From NCBI GenBank assembly GCA_934121905.1, contig CAKOVI010000004.1, forward strand, positions 46,039 to 110,038: a DNA stretch of 64,000 nt, written 5' to 3'. Position 1 is the stretch's first letter; every line of letters begins with the position of its first letter. The notes beneath the pieces are model-generated. The model saw nothing but the letters and a program-made list of their open reading frames with translations. It was not told the origin of the DNA and did no database searches. Positions 19,586 through 28,652 of this stretch are shown here, piece after piece. The DNA is from an uncultured Clostridia bacterium. Its GTDB lineage: Bacteria > Bacillota > Clostridia > TANB77 > CAG-508. Made by a program: the position numbers and the translations under genes.

Positions 19586-19683
19586 TTGTAACCTCCGAAC
19601 TAAAATTAAACCGAATTTAAAATAATTATAACATTACTAAAAATAAAAGTAAATGGAAATTGTAAAAAAAAATGAGAAAAAAG

Positions 19684-19712
19684 TTGAAAAAAAAAAATCA
19701 TTATGTTATAGT
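19684..19712 (+). promoter_or_regulatory. candidate promoter of the fibre-locus operon
   Basis: TTGAAA (19684-19689), 17-nt spacer, TATAGT (19707-19712). Confidence 0.45.
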
Positions 19713-19761
19713 GAATATGTAATTAAAAAATTAAAATAATTATACTTTAGGAGGAAAAAGA

Positions 19762-20271
19762 ATGAAAAAGAAAATGTTAAATATTCTATTTATTATTTAT
19801 GTTGCAATTGCAATTTTTGTAACAATTTGTTTATTATCTTATAATAGGTTTAAGGTAACAGAGTTTGGAAATAAATCATTATTACTCATTACAGACGATG
19901 AAATGGCACCAGATTATAAAAAAGGAGATTTAGTTATAGTAGACAAAAAGTCTAAAATTATAACAGGAAGAAAAGCTTTTTTCTATACAACATCTGATAG
20001 AAAAATAGAAATAAAACTGGGAACAGTAGAAGCCATAAAAAATGTTTCAAATAGCGAAACAACCTATACTTTAGAAGGCGGTAGAGATATTTCTGGAGAA
20101 TACTTACTAGGACCTGTAGATACAGTAGAAATTATACCTGTAGTTGGAGGAATACTAAATGTGTTAGAATCAAAATGGGGATTCTTATTTCTTATAGTAT
20201 TGCCATCATTATTAGCTTTCGTTTATCAGATTTCTGTTGTTATAGCAGAAATAAAAAATAATGACGAATAA
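19762..20271 (+). CDS. SipW-type signal peptidase I homologue, apparently catalytically inactive
   Basis: It shares the architecture of the three active paralogues (N-terminal and C-terminal TM segments, GDLVIV box). The Ser box reads TDDEMAP instead of (T/S)xSMxP, and there is no THR(I) His box. Confidence 0.55.
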   Translation: MKKKMLNILFIIYVAIAIFVTICLLSYNRFKVTEFGNKSLLLITDDEMAPDYKKGDLVIVDKKSKIITGRKAFFYTTSDRKIEIKLGTVEAIKNVSNSETTYTLEGGRDISGEYLLGPVDTVEIIPVVGGILNVLESKWGFLFLIVLPSLLAFVYQISVVIAEIKNNDE

Positions 20272-20920
20272 AAGAAAGAGAAAAAATATGAGTTTGCTAA
20301 ACAAACAAAACAAAAAGAAATTAATTATTTTAGCTTGTATGTGTAGTATTTTAATTTTGATATATGAAATAGTACACATATATGCTATTTTTTACAGTGA
20401 AGTCACAGGAAATGTCGAATTTAAAAAAGGAGCATGGAATATTGTAATAAATGGAACAGAAATATCAAAAGGAGTTCAAAAAGATTTCGTTATTGACCAA
20501 ATTAATATTGATCAAAACGAACATGTAAAATCAGGAAAATTAGCTCCAGGATTATCAGGAAACTTTGAAATTATAATAAATCCTAAGAATACTGATGTTT
20601 CTGTTAAATATGAAATAAGTTTGAATAAAGAAAATATGAAAAATAGTAGTATTAAAATAAAATCAATCAATGAAACGGAATACAATAATGAGTTAATAAG
20701 AACTGACCAAAATACATATACGGCAATAATTCCTGTGGAAAAGATAAAACAAGGAGCAACAAATAGAATAAAAATTGAAATTGAATGGGAAAATGTAGAA
20801 ACAAATAATGAAGAAGACACAAAAGAAGGAAGTAAATATAAATCCAAATTACAAATCCCGATAACAGTAAAAGCAAGTCAATACTTAGGAGAAACAATTA
20901 TTCCATACAATGAAAACTAA
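20261..20920 (+). CDS. secreted TasA/camelysin-like protein (paralogue of 27978-28568); the start may be the ATG at 20288
   Basis: N-terminal signal ending IYA|IFYSE. Blocks AWNIVINGTEI, APGLSGNFEI and TDVSVKYEI are shared with the minus-strand paralogue. Confidence 0.55.
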   Translation: MTNKRKRKNMSLLNKQNKKKLIILACMCSILILIYEIVHIYAIFYSEVTGNVEFKKGAWNIVINGTEISKGVQKDFVIDQINIDQNEHVKSGKLAPGLSGNFEIIINPKNTDVSVKYEISLNKENMKNSSIKIKSINETEYNNELIRTDQNTYTAIIPVEKIKQGATNRIKIEIEWENVETNNEEDTKEGSKYKSKLQIPITVKASQYLGETIIPYNEN

Positions 20921-20957
20921 AGGGAAAGAATAAGTACTATATCCTTAAAAGAAAGAA

Positions 20958-21488
20958 ATGATTAAGAATATGAAAAAAACAAAAAAGATTAATGTAATTA
21001 TTGGTTATATGTTAAATATTCTTATAATAATCGTTGTTTTAATAACAATTATTGGATTATATTATATGGCACAAATAAAAATATTGAAAAAAGATTATGC
21101 AGATATGTTTGGTTATACTTTTTTTGAAGTTGCAACAGGAAGTATGGCTGATACCATAAATATTGGAGATGTAGTAGTAGTAAAAGTAAATGATGAAGTA
21201 AAAGAAAATGATATTATTGTTTATAAAGAAGAAAATAGTTTTATAACACATAGGATAATAAAAATAGATGGTCAAAATCTTATTACAAGAGGAGATGCAA
21301 ATAATAGCGAAGATAAGCCAATTAAATCAAGTCAAATCCTGGGAAAAGTAATATATATTATTCCTAAAATTGGAATATGGAGAAAAATTCTGGCATCACC
21401 AGAAATTCTAGGAATGATAATCGTTGCTATTATTTTATTAGGTATTATATTTATGTACACTTCGAAATCTGAAGATGAAAATGATTAA
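20958..21488 (+). CDS. SipW-type (ER/archaeal-like) signal peptidase I
   Basis: TGSMADT (Ser box), ITHRII (His box) and RGDANN, plus N- and C-terminal TM segments. Confidence 0.75.
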   Translation: MIKNMKKTKKINVIIGYMLNILIIIVVLITIIGLYYMAQIKILKKDYADMFGYTFFEVATGSMADTINIGDVVVVKVNDEVKENDIIVYKEENSFITHRIIKIDGQNLITRGDANNSEDKPIKSSQILGKVIYIIPKIGIWRKILASPEILGMIIVAIILLGIIFMYTSKSEDEND

Positions 21489-21505
21489 AGAAAGGAAAAC
21501 AAAGC

Positions 21506-22078
21506 TTGAACAAAAAAATAAAAAGATTATATGCAAAATTAATTATACTTATATTATGTTTATGTATATTAGTCAGAATTTTTACATTAGCATTGTCTAA
21601 ATATGAAAGTACAGCTAATTCAACAGCTGATGTTGACATTGCTTTTTACTTACTTCATGAAGATTATAAAACAATGACACTTAACCTAGACTCTTTATTT
21701 CCGAAAGATGATGTGTATGTATATGATTTTTCAATAGGCAATCAAAAAGATGAAGAACAAGCGGAAGTTGACATAGAGTATGAACTAACTATAAGAACAA
21801 CAACGAATTTACCATTAACATATAAGCTTTATATGAATGAGAAATACAATCAAAAAGATGCAAATGATATTATAAAGACAAATGAAATATATCAAGATGA
21901 AGATGGAACATATTTTAGAAAAATGACAACAGATAAAGAAGAACTTAAATATAAAGAACCTAAAACAAATACATACCAATTAGTAGTTTCATTTCCGAGC
22001 AATTATAATACAGAAAATTATCAAGACATAATTGAAGCGATAGAAATAAATGTAGATGGTAAGCAGATAATTTCATAA
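21506..22078 (+). CDS. secreted protein with SipW-type signal peptide (TTG start)
   Basis: N-terminal Lys-rich stretch and TM ending LALS|KYESTANS. The size and beta-rich composition resemble the other small locus proteins. Confidence 0.5.
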   Translation: MNKKIKRLYAKLIILILCLCILVRIFTLALSKYESTANSTADVDIAFYLLHEDYKTMTLNLDSLFPKDDVYVYDFSIGNQKDEEQAEVDIEYELTIRTTTNLPLTYKLYMNEKYNQKDANDIIKTNEIYQDEDGTYFRKMTTDKEELKYKEPKTNTYQLVVSFPSNYNTENYQDIIEAIEINVDGKQIIS

Positions 22079-22092
22079 AGAGGTGCTCAAAT

Positions 22093-23016
22093 ATGAGAAA
22101 AAACAGGAAATACAAGATAAAACAACTAATACTTTTGATATGTATTTTAATATGCACATTTTCATTTATAACTATATTTGGTAGATATATAACAAACAGT
22201 ATTAATAATTTTTTTGTTAGAAGTAAAGAATTTTATTTTTATAGTGATAAATTAGCTGAAGACGATTCTGCTGTATACCAAATTGACAATTGGTCTGGAG
22301 TTGATGACTATGTTATTACAGTTAATATGAATAGCAGAAAAAATAACTTAAAGGCGGTAGACTACGATATTGGATATGATATAAGTTATAAATGTAGTGA
22401 CAATGCAATATGTCAATTAAGCAAGACAGAAGGAATTGTATATGCAAATACAAATGCAGATTTCTTTAATTTAACAATAACACCTAACAGACAGTTAGAC
22501 ACAGGGGATAAAGTTGTTGTAGAAATAGAGGTAAATTCAACTGCAAAGTATCAAAAAAAACTTAAGGGAAAATTTACACTTGTAGTAGGAAAGGAAAAAA
22601 TAAGCTATCAAATTACAGATTCTAAACAAAATCCATATATGGAATTAAGAATCACCAATACACTATCTTACTATATGGTTAATGAAGCTTTTGGTCAATA
22701 TAGTGTTGGGGAAAAGATTGATAGTGATACATATTTAGCATTATCTGATTCAGAAAAAAAGAAATGTTATTCTGCACTTGTTACAATAGGATTTGATCCA
22801 AAAGATGTTTTATTTGATATTACAAATGAGGTTTATAAAGATGCGATAAATGTTGAAACAACAGTAGTTGATGGTAATACATATATTAAGGGATTAACAA
22901 TTTCAATTGAAGCTAGCTCAAGTGTAGATTTGAGGTTTTACAAAGTAAATGTAGCTAATGATTATACTTATCCGAATGGAAATTCATCTTCAATATTGAA
23001 AATTACAAGTAAATAG
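22093..23016 (+). CDS. secreted protein with SipW-type signal peptide
   Basis: Signal-anchor ending TIFG|RYITNS, with an AGAGGTG SD. I recognised no other family. Confidence 0.5.
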   Translation: MRKNRKYKIKQLILLICILICTFSFITIFGRYITNSINNFFVRSKEFYFYSDKLAEDDSAVYQIDNWSGVDDYVITVNMNSRKNNLKAVDYDIGYDISYKCSDNAICQLSKTEGIVYANTNADFFNLTITPNRQLDTGDKVVVEIEVNSTAKYQKKLKGKFTLVVGKEKISYQITDSKQNPYMELRITNTLSYYMVNEAFGQYSVGEKIDSDTYLALSDSEKKKCYSALVTIGFDPKDVLFDITNEVYKDAINVETTVVDGNTYIKGLTISIEASSSVDLRFYKVNVANDYTYPNGNSSSILKITSK

Positions 23017-23049
23017 CAAATATAAATACTTGAAAGGAATGTGAATAAT

Positions 23050-24048
23050 ATGACAATAAACTTAATGAGCAAGTATATAGATATAATAAAAAAACAAATA
23101 AATACATATATGAAAGCAGTATTCACAAATAAATTTAAGAAAGAATATAACGATAAATTCATAGAAAAATATATTAATACCAGATATTTTAATTTTTATG
23201 AAAATGATGAAAATAAAACAATAAGAAAGAAAATTATTGAACAATTAAAAATAACGCAAGATGATATAATATTAAACCATATTGAAGACAGAGAGTTAAT
23301 TGAGCAAATGTGTGTGTTTTTCTACTATGTATTATATTTAGACCATGTTGTTTATTATAAAGATTTGCACGAAAAGATAAACAAAACAGCGAAACTAAGG
23401 TATAAAGTGCTTGGAAAAAAGAGTGAAGAATATTCAGAAGAAATATATATCAAAATGCAAGAATTTGAAAAACAAAAGAAACAGCTAATAGAAGGTTTTG
23501 ATACCGAAGAATTTGCGATAAAACTTACAAACTATCCAGAAAAAAATAATATATATAGAGTAAATCTAACACAAAATATAAAATTTCCAAAAGAATATAG
23601 TGAATTTGCAATTAATAAAGCTTTTATGACAGGAAATGTTGGTGAAGACAGGCTTTTTGTGGAATATTATTTAGTAGTTGTACAAGTATTAAAAGACATT
23701 CTAAAACAAAATTTTAAAAGACAATATATAGTTGAATTTGCTTATACATTATTAAATAAACCAAAAAAATTAAATAATTTATTAAACATTATAAATAATT
23801 TAGCAACACAAGATAAAATCTGTTTGAAAATAAGGTATGAAGATTTTAAAAAGAAGAAAGAAGAAATATATGAACTTATGCGAGATGGATATAGGGTAGC
23901 ATTAATTATAGACAATTCATTTGAGGTGGACTATAAAAATATTGGGATGCTAAAAATGTTTAAATATATAATTATAGATAAACAATCGAAAAAATACGAT
24001 GAGATTAAAGATTACAGAAATTTATTAGAAAATGTAATAGAAATATAG
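23050..24048 (+). CDS. hypothetical cytoplasmic protein; the C-terminal half is faintly EAL-domain-like (degenerate)
   Basis: The ATG at 23050 is preferred, 11 nt after GAAAGGAA. LMRDGYRVALIIDNSFEVDYKNIGMLKMFKYIIIDK resembles the EAL block G..+A+DDFG....L..L..D.+K+D, but the catalytic residues are absent. Confidence 0.3.
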   Translation: MTINLMSKYIDIIKKQINTYMKAVFTNKFKKEYNDKFIEKYINTRYFNFYENDENKTIRKKIIEQLKITQDDIILNHIEDRELIEQMCVFFYYVLYLDHVVYYKDLHEKINKTAKLRYKVLGKKSEEYSEEIYIKMQEFEKQKKQLIEGFDTEEFAIKLTNYPEKNNIYRVNLTQNIKFPKEYSEFAINKAFMTGNVGEDRLFVEYYLVVVQVLKDILKQNFKRQYIVEFAYTLLNKPKKLNNLLNIINNLATQDKICLKIRYEDFKKKKEEIYELMRDGYRVALIIDNSFEVDYKNIGMLKMFKYIIIDKQSKKYDEIKDYRNLLENVIEI

Positions 24049-24061
24049 ACGAGGTTAAAAG

Positions 24062-25585
24062 ATGGATACATTTACAAGATTTTTATATGAATTTTTATCA
24101 CAATTCTTTTCAGGGTTTCTTACAATTTTGAAAGGATTGGGAAACGGAATTAAGCAAATTTTTGATATAAAATCATATCAAGAAATTTTAAAGTCATATC
24201 AAAGTGACTTATCTATGCCTGAATGGGTATTAGTTGGAATATCTATTTTCTGTTTGGTTGTATTAATTTTATTAATATTTGTTTTAATATATTTGTTAAT
24301 AAGAAAATATTTAAAATTTAGAAAACAAGCAATTAAACAAGATGAGCTAATGGCAGAAGTAGCTAATTTGAATGGAAAAGTAGCAAGCTTAGTAAAAGAA
24401 AAAGATGAAATTTTAGCAATGAAAGTTTCGCAATTAGGACTTAAACCAGAAGAATCTGCAGAAGAAACACCAGATGAAACTGGAGACAATTCTAATACAG
24501 ATCCGAATATAAGATTTTCAAAATTAGCACTAATTGACGAAGAATATGCAAAATATAAGCAAAAAGATTATGGTAATTCATTTACTCTTCCAGAACTTTG
24601 CGATAATTTCAGAAATTTCGCGGCATCTAAATTAGGACTATTTTATAAACCGGAAATGATGAGAATATTTATTGCTGGACTTGCATCAACAAAACTTGTA
24701 ATATTACAAGGTATTTCAGGAACTGGTAAAACATCTTTGGCATATGCGTGGGGAAAATTTATGAAACACGATTCATGTGTGGCATCTGTACAACCATCAT
24801 GGAGAGATAGAACAGATATGTTTGGGTACTTTAATGAATTTACTAAAAAGTTTAATGAAACAGAAATGCTTAAAGAAATGTATATAGCTGGATATTGTGA
24901 TGAAGTATTTACTGTTATATTAGATGAGATGAACTTATCTCGTGTTGAATATTATTTTGCAGAAATGCTATCAATTCTAGAAATGCCAAATAGAGCGGAA
25001 TGGTTAATAGAGTTGGTTCCAAATAGCTGGAAAACAGACCCTAAAAAAATAAAAGGCGGAAAGATACAAGTTCCTGCAAATATGTGGTATATAGGAACAA
25101 TTAATAATGATGATTCAACATTTGCTGTAACAGATAAGGTTTACGATAGAGCAATGCCAATAGATATAAATGATAAAGGAGTGCCATTTGAACCAATAGA
25201 TACTCCAGCACAAGATATTAATTTTTCATATTTAGATAATTTATTTGCATCAGCTATAAAAGATAACCCTATTTCACAATCAACTTTAGACAAAATAGAA
25301 CAGATGGATAACTACGTAATAGAGCATTTTAGAATAGCATTTGGTAACCGTATTGTTGCACATATGAAAAAATTTGTACCTGTATATGTAGCTTGTGGAG
25401 GAGATGAAGTTGCTGGAGTAGATTACTTTATTGCTAAAAAAATATTAAGAAAATTCGAGCAATTAAATATAGCATATATTAGAGACGAAATTGATCCATA
25501 TGTTGATTTCTTGGATAAAACATTTGGAAAAAATAAAATGAAGGAATGTATTGAATATTTATTAAGATTGAAAAAAATGTCATAA
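24062..25585 (+). CDS. membrane-anchored McrB-family AAA+ (GTPase-type) protein
   Basis: TM helix WVLVGISIFCLVVLILLIFVLIYLLI followed by a coiled coil. Walker A GISGTGKTS, Walker B VILDEMNLS, and McrB-like blocks VQPSWRDRTDMFGYF and WYIGTINNDDSTFAVTDKVYDRA. Confidence 0.65.
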   Translation: MDTFTRFLYEFLSQFFSGFLTILKGLGNGIKQIFDIKSYQEILKSYQSDLSMPEWVLVGISIFCLVVLILLIFVLIYLLIRKYLKFRKQAIKQDELMAEVANLNGKVASLVKEKDEILAMKVSQLGLKPEESAEETPDETGDNSNTDPNIRFSKLALIDEEYAKYKQKDYGNSFTLPELCDNFRNFAASKLGLFYKPEMMRIFIAGLASTKLVILQGISGTGKTSLAYAWGKFMKHDSCVASVQPSWRDRTDMFGYFNEFTKKFNETEMLKEMYIAGYCDEVFTVILDEMNLSRVEYYFAEMLSILEMPNRAEWLIELVPNSWKTDPKKIKGGKIQVPANMWYIGTINNDDSTFAVTDKVYDRAMPIDINDKGVPFEPIDTPAQDINFSYLDNLFASAIKDNPISQSTLDKIEQMDNYVIEHFRIAFGNRIVAHMKKFVPVYVACGGDEVAGVDYFIAKKILRKFEQLNIAYIRDEIDPYVDFLDKTFGKNKMKECIEYLLRLKKMS

Positions 25586-25598
25586 AGGAGATTAGAAA

Positions 25599-26753
25599 GT
25601 GGATAAGCTTGAAATTATCAATTTATATGAAAATTCAAATAAAAATAGAATAGAAGAATTTACGAGTAAAACAAATTCAACTTTAAAGGTAAATATTGAT
25701 AAAAAGAAAATGCAAAAAGATTCTGATTGGATTAAAATGATGGCATTTACTATTCCTTACTTAGACAATATATTCCATTCTCCAAATAGATTTATTGTTA
25801 ATGAAGAAGAAATAGTTAAAATTGAACAAGCCAAAAAGGTATCTGTAGAAACGATTAAGCATTTATCAAAAAATACCAATTTTATACAAACAGTAGATAA
25901 AGTGACAGGAGATGTTACACCATCTAAATTATTGAATGTAAGAAAAGAAGAAACTTATAATACATATGAAAACAGATTGATATATACATTGGTTCAAAAC
26001 ATGAAAAGATTTATAAAAAAGAAAAAGGAAAATTTAGGACAATATAAAAATGATGCAAACAAAGAAAACGATAATAGAGACAATAAATCATTTGAATATT
26101 CTGCAACTTCAACAGTAGAAGATGAGCAAATAGAAGTTAATTTATCTTTAAATTCAAAATTGAATCAAGATGCTCAAAATAAATCAAATGATATAACACA
26201 AATCATAGAAGAAATAGGTGAAATAGAAAAGAAAATACAAGGACTACAATCAACAGAAGTTTATAAAACTTTAGAAAAACAGCATGTTATAGAAGTAAGA
26301 GAGCCTATAAAAAAGACCAATGTAATACTAAAGAATGTTAATTTTCAATATGCAATGAAATTGTGGGACTATTTAAGAGATAATTTTGATGATAAAAATC
26401 TTGACTCAGTAGAGAAAAAAGATTATATGGACAACAGTGAATTAAAGAAGATGGTTGATGAAACGTTTTTGTTACACTATCTAACAATGAAAACATTGGA
26501 TGATGATATGGAGGAAAAACAAGATACAAAAGAAGAAATGCAAAATATGGTGGTTGACCAAATGATAGACAAAATGTTAGAAATAAATGAAAACTTTAGT
26601 GAAGACCAAATAAAAGATTTAATAGCAAAAAAATATGAAATTATTAAATATAAAAAGACAGCTGTTATACAAGAAATACAAAAAACATTTAAAGAACACA
26701 TAAAACAATATATGAAAAAAATTGGTAATAGAGAGGAAACAGAAGAATGTTAA
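25599..26753 (+). CDS. partner protein of the McrB-like ATPase (DUF2357/McrC-N-like block, no nuclease motif seen; GTG start)
   Basis: AAGGAG lies 7 nt upstream of the GTG. ETYNTYENRLIYTLVQNMKRFI resembles the conserved block of McrC-related partners. The C-terminal half is acidic or coiled coil. Confidence 0.4.
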   Translation: MDKLEIINLYENSNKNRIEEFTSKTNSTLKVNIDKKKMQKDSDWIKMMAFTIPYLDNIFHSPNRFIVNEEEIVKIEQAKKVSVETIKHLSKNTNFIQTVDKVTGDVTPSKLLNVRKEETYNTYENRLIYTLVQNMKRFIKKKKENLGQYKNDANKENDNRDNKSFEYSATSTVEDEQIEVNLSLNSKLNQDAQNKSNDITQIIEEIGEIEKKIQGLQSTEVYKTLEKQHVIEVREPIKKTNVILKNVNFQYAMKLWDYLRDNFDDKNLDSVEKKDYMDNSELKKMVDETFLLHYLTMKTLDDDMEEKQDTKEEMQNMVVDQMIDKMLEINENFSEDQIKDLIAKKYEIIKYKKTAVIQEIQKTFKEHIKQYMKKIGNREETEEC

Positions 26754-27325
26754 AGAAAATAAAAAAAATAAAGGAAAATAAGGCTTTAAAAATAATTGGT
26801 AATATCTTATATTTTATATTATTTTTAATAGTTGTTTTAATGCTAATTATAGTAATTATACAAAGAACATCAAATAATTCTATATCGATTGGAGGTTATA
26901 GAATATTTGCTGTTGCAACAGGAAGCATGGTACCTAAATATGAGGTAGGAGATGTGATAATATCTAAGGAAATTGAACCTAGTGAAATAAAGGTAGGAGA
27001 TACTGTTGTATATAAAGGAGAGGTTGGAGGTTTTAAAGATAAATTTGTAACTCACCAAATACAATCAATAAATAAACAAGAAGATGGAACATATAAATTT
27101 ACAACAAAGGGAATTTCAAATATAGAGGCAGATCCGGAAATCTCTGAAACTCAAGTATATGGAAAAATAATATATAAAGTGAAAACTTTAAGTCTAATAA
27201 GTAAGTTAATTTCAAATGTTTACGTATTTTACTTTTTCATATTTGTTCCAATAGCAATTATAATATATAAACAGATAAGAAATTTAATAAGGGAAGATGA
27301 AGAAGAGGATGAAGACAATAAATAA
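26747..27325 (+). CDS. SipW-type signal peptidase I
   Basis: TGSMVP (Ser box) and VTHQI (His box), with N- and C-terminal TM segments and an acidic tail. Confidence 0.7.
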   Translation: MLKKIKKIKENKALKIIGNILYFILFLIVVLMLIIVIIQRTSNNSISIGGYRIFAVATGSMVPKYEVGDVIISKEIEPSEIKVGDTVVYKGEVGGFKDKFVTHQIQSINKQEDGTYKFTTKGISNIEADPEISETQVYGKIIYKVKTLSLISKLISNVYVFYFFIFVPIAIIIYKQIRNLIREDEEEDEDNK

Positions 27326-27342
27326 CAAAGGAGGAAAAAAAT

Positions 27343-27942
27343 ATGTATAAAGTATTGAAAATAATGAAAAAAATCAAAATAAGAAATTTAATAATACTAA
27401 TATTATTACTTGTTTTCAATGCTTATGCATGGTTTGTGTATACAACTAGAGTATCCCTTGACTTATCTGCACATGTCAGCTCATGGGATGTTCAATTTGT
27501 TGCAAAAGATGGAGGAATATCATCTGATATGATTATAAAAGTTGAAAATTTTTATCCTGGAATGGAAGATTTTGAAAAGATTATAGAGGTACAAAACAGA
27601 GGAGAAGTCAATGTTGAGTTAAGCTACGAAATTGAATCCGTAAGAATAATGGATGAAACTATTGAAAAAAATGACGAAACAGGGGTTACATCAGAAAGTA
27701 TTGAGGAAAAATTAAAAAACGATTATCCTTTTAAAATTAACATAGTAAAAGATGATTCAAATTTAATAACAGGTTCTGGTAATGGAAGTTTTAAAATAAC
27801 AGTTGTATGGCCATATGAATCTGGAGATGATGAGGCAGATACTAATTGGGGAAGAAAAGCATACGAGTATTATGAGAACAATCCTGATAAAGAATGCATA
27901 GAATTAAAGTTAGTGTTAAAAGCTACTCAAGCAAAAAATTAA
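27343..27942 (+). CDS. secreted TasA/camelysin-like protein
   Basis: Signal ending NAYA|WFVYTT. FYPGMEDFEKIIEVQNRGEVNVELSYEI resembles the TasA PGD...N.G block. Confidence 0.6.
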   Translation: MYKVLKIMKKIKIRNLIILILLLVFNAYAWFVYTTRVSLDLSAHVSSWDVQFVAKDGGISSDMIIKVENFYPGMEDFEKIIEVQNRGEVNVELSYEIESVRIMDETIEKNDETGVTSESIEEKLKNDYPFKINIVKDDSNLITGSGNGSFKITVVWPYESGDDEADTNWGRKAYEYYENNPDKECIELKLVLKATQAKN

Positions 27943-27971
27943 AAGGATTTAAAAAAAATTTAACTCCTTTT
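27941..27971. terminator. bidirectional hairpin between convergent fibre-locus genes
   Basis: aaaaggatttaaa / tttaactcctttt (1 mismatch). Confidence 0.45.
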
Positions 27972-27977
27972 ATTTTA

Positions 27978-28568
27978 TTATTTTAATTGTGTAAATGAAA
28001 TATCAACATGTAAAAGAGCAGGGATATCAGAGTTAGTAGAAAGAGTATCTTCTTCGTTTGTCATAGATGAGGTTGTCTCATCATCATTCCACAATACATA
28101 AATACGAATTTTTCTTGCTGTGATTTTGCTGTCTAAAGAAATTGTTTCTGATATTGGTTCATTGAAGTTAGAAAAAGATATTTTTTCACCATTATCTATG
28201 GAATAGCCTGTTGTAACTAAGTCTCTTACAGAGCTATTTTCTGCAACAGATGTGTTGATTTCATATTTAAAAGAAACATCAGTACCAGAAAAGTCGAAAT
28301 TTAAATCGAAATACCCTTCAGCAGTTGGTGCTATTATATTGCTTGCAATATTTTCGTTACCGGGAAAGACTGGTACAATTGCTGACGATATATCTGTGTT
28401 ATTTTTTATAGATAAGTTATTTATGGAAATATTCCAATTTGCTATTTTTATTGATGCATCTCCGGTAGCGGTTGTAAGATACTTAGCATAAATTTGTATA
28501 ACAAAAAATACTAAAATACATATTAAAAAAGAAATTAATAATAATAATAATTTTTTTTGATTTTTCAT
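27978..28568 (-). CDS. secreted TasA/camelysin-like protein (paralogue of 20261-20920)
   Basis: The start is chosen at MKNQKK (AAAGAGGT SD). Signal ending IYA|KYLTTATGD. Blocks ANWNISINN, APTAEGYFDL and TDVSFKYEI are shared with its paralogue. Confidence 0.6.
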   Translation of the reverse strand: MKNQKKLLLLLISFLICILVFFVIQIYAKYLTTATGDASIKIANWNISINNLSIKNNTDISSAIVPVFPGNENIASNIIAPTAEGYFDLNFDFSGTDVSFKYEINTSVAENSSVRDLVTTGYSIDNGEKISFSNFNEPISETISLDSKITARKIRIYVLWNDDETTSSMTNEEDTLSTNSDIPALLHVDISFTQLK

Positions 28569-28652
28569 AATTAAATACCTCTTTAGGATTTTAATTTTAA
28601 CATAATAAATGTAATAAATCAAGAAAAAATCAAAAAAGGAAAGGACAAATTT

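Noticed and set aside
27943-28652. An invertible DNA segment around the single minus-strand fibre gene (27978-28568)
   Set aside because: I found no inverted repeats flanking the segment and no recombinase nearby. The flanks show only AT-rich direct similarity.
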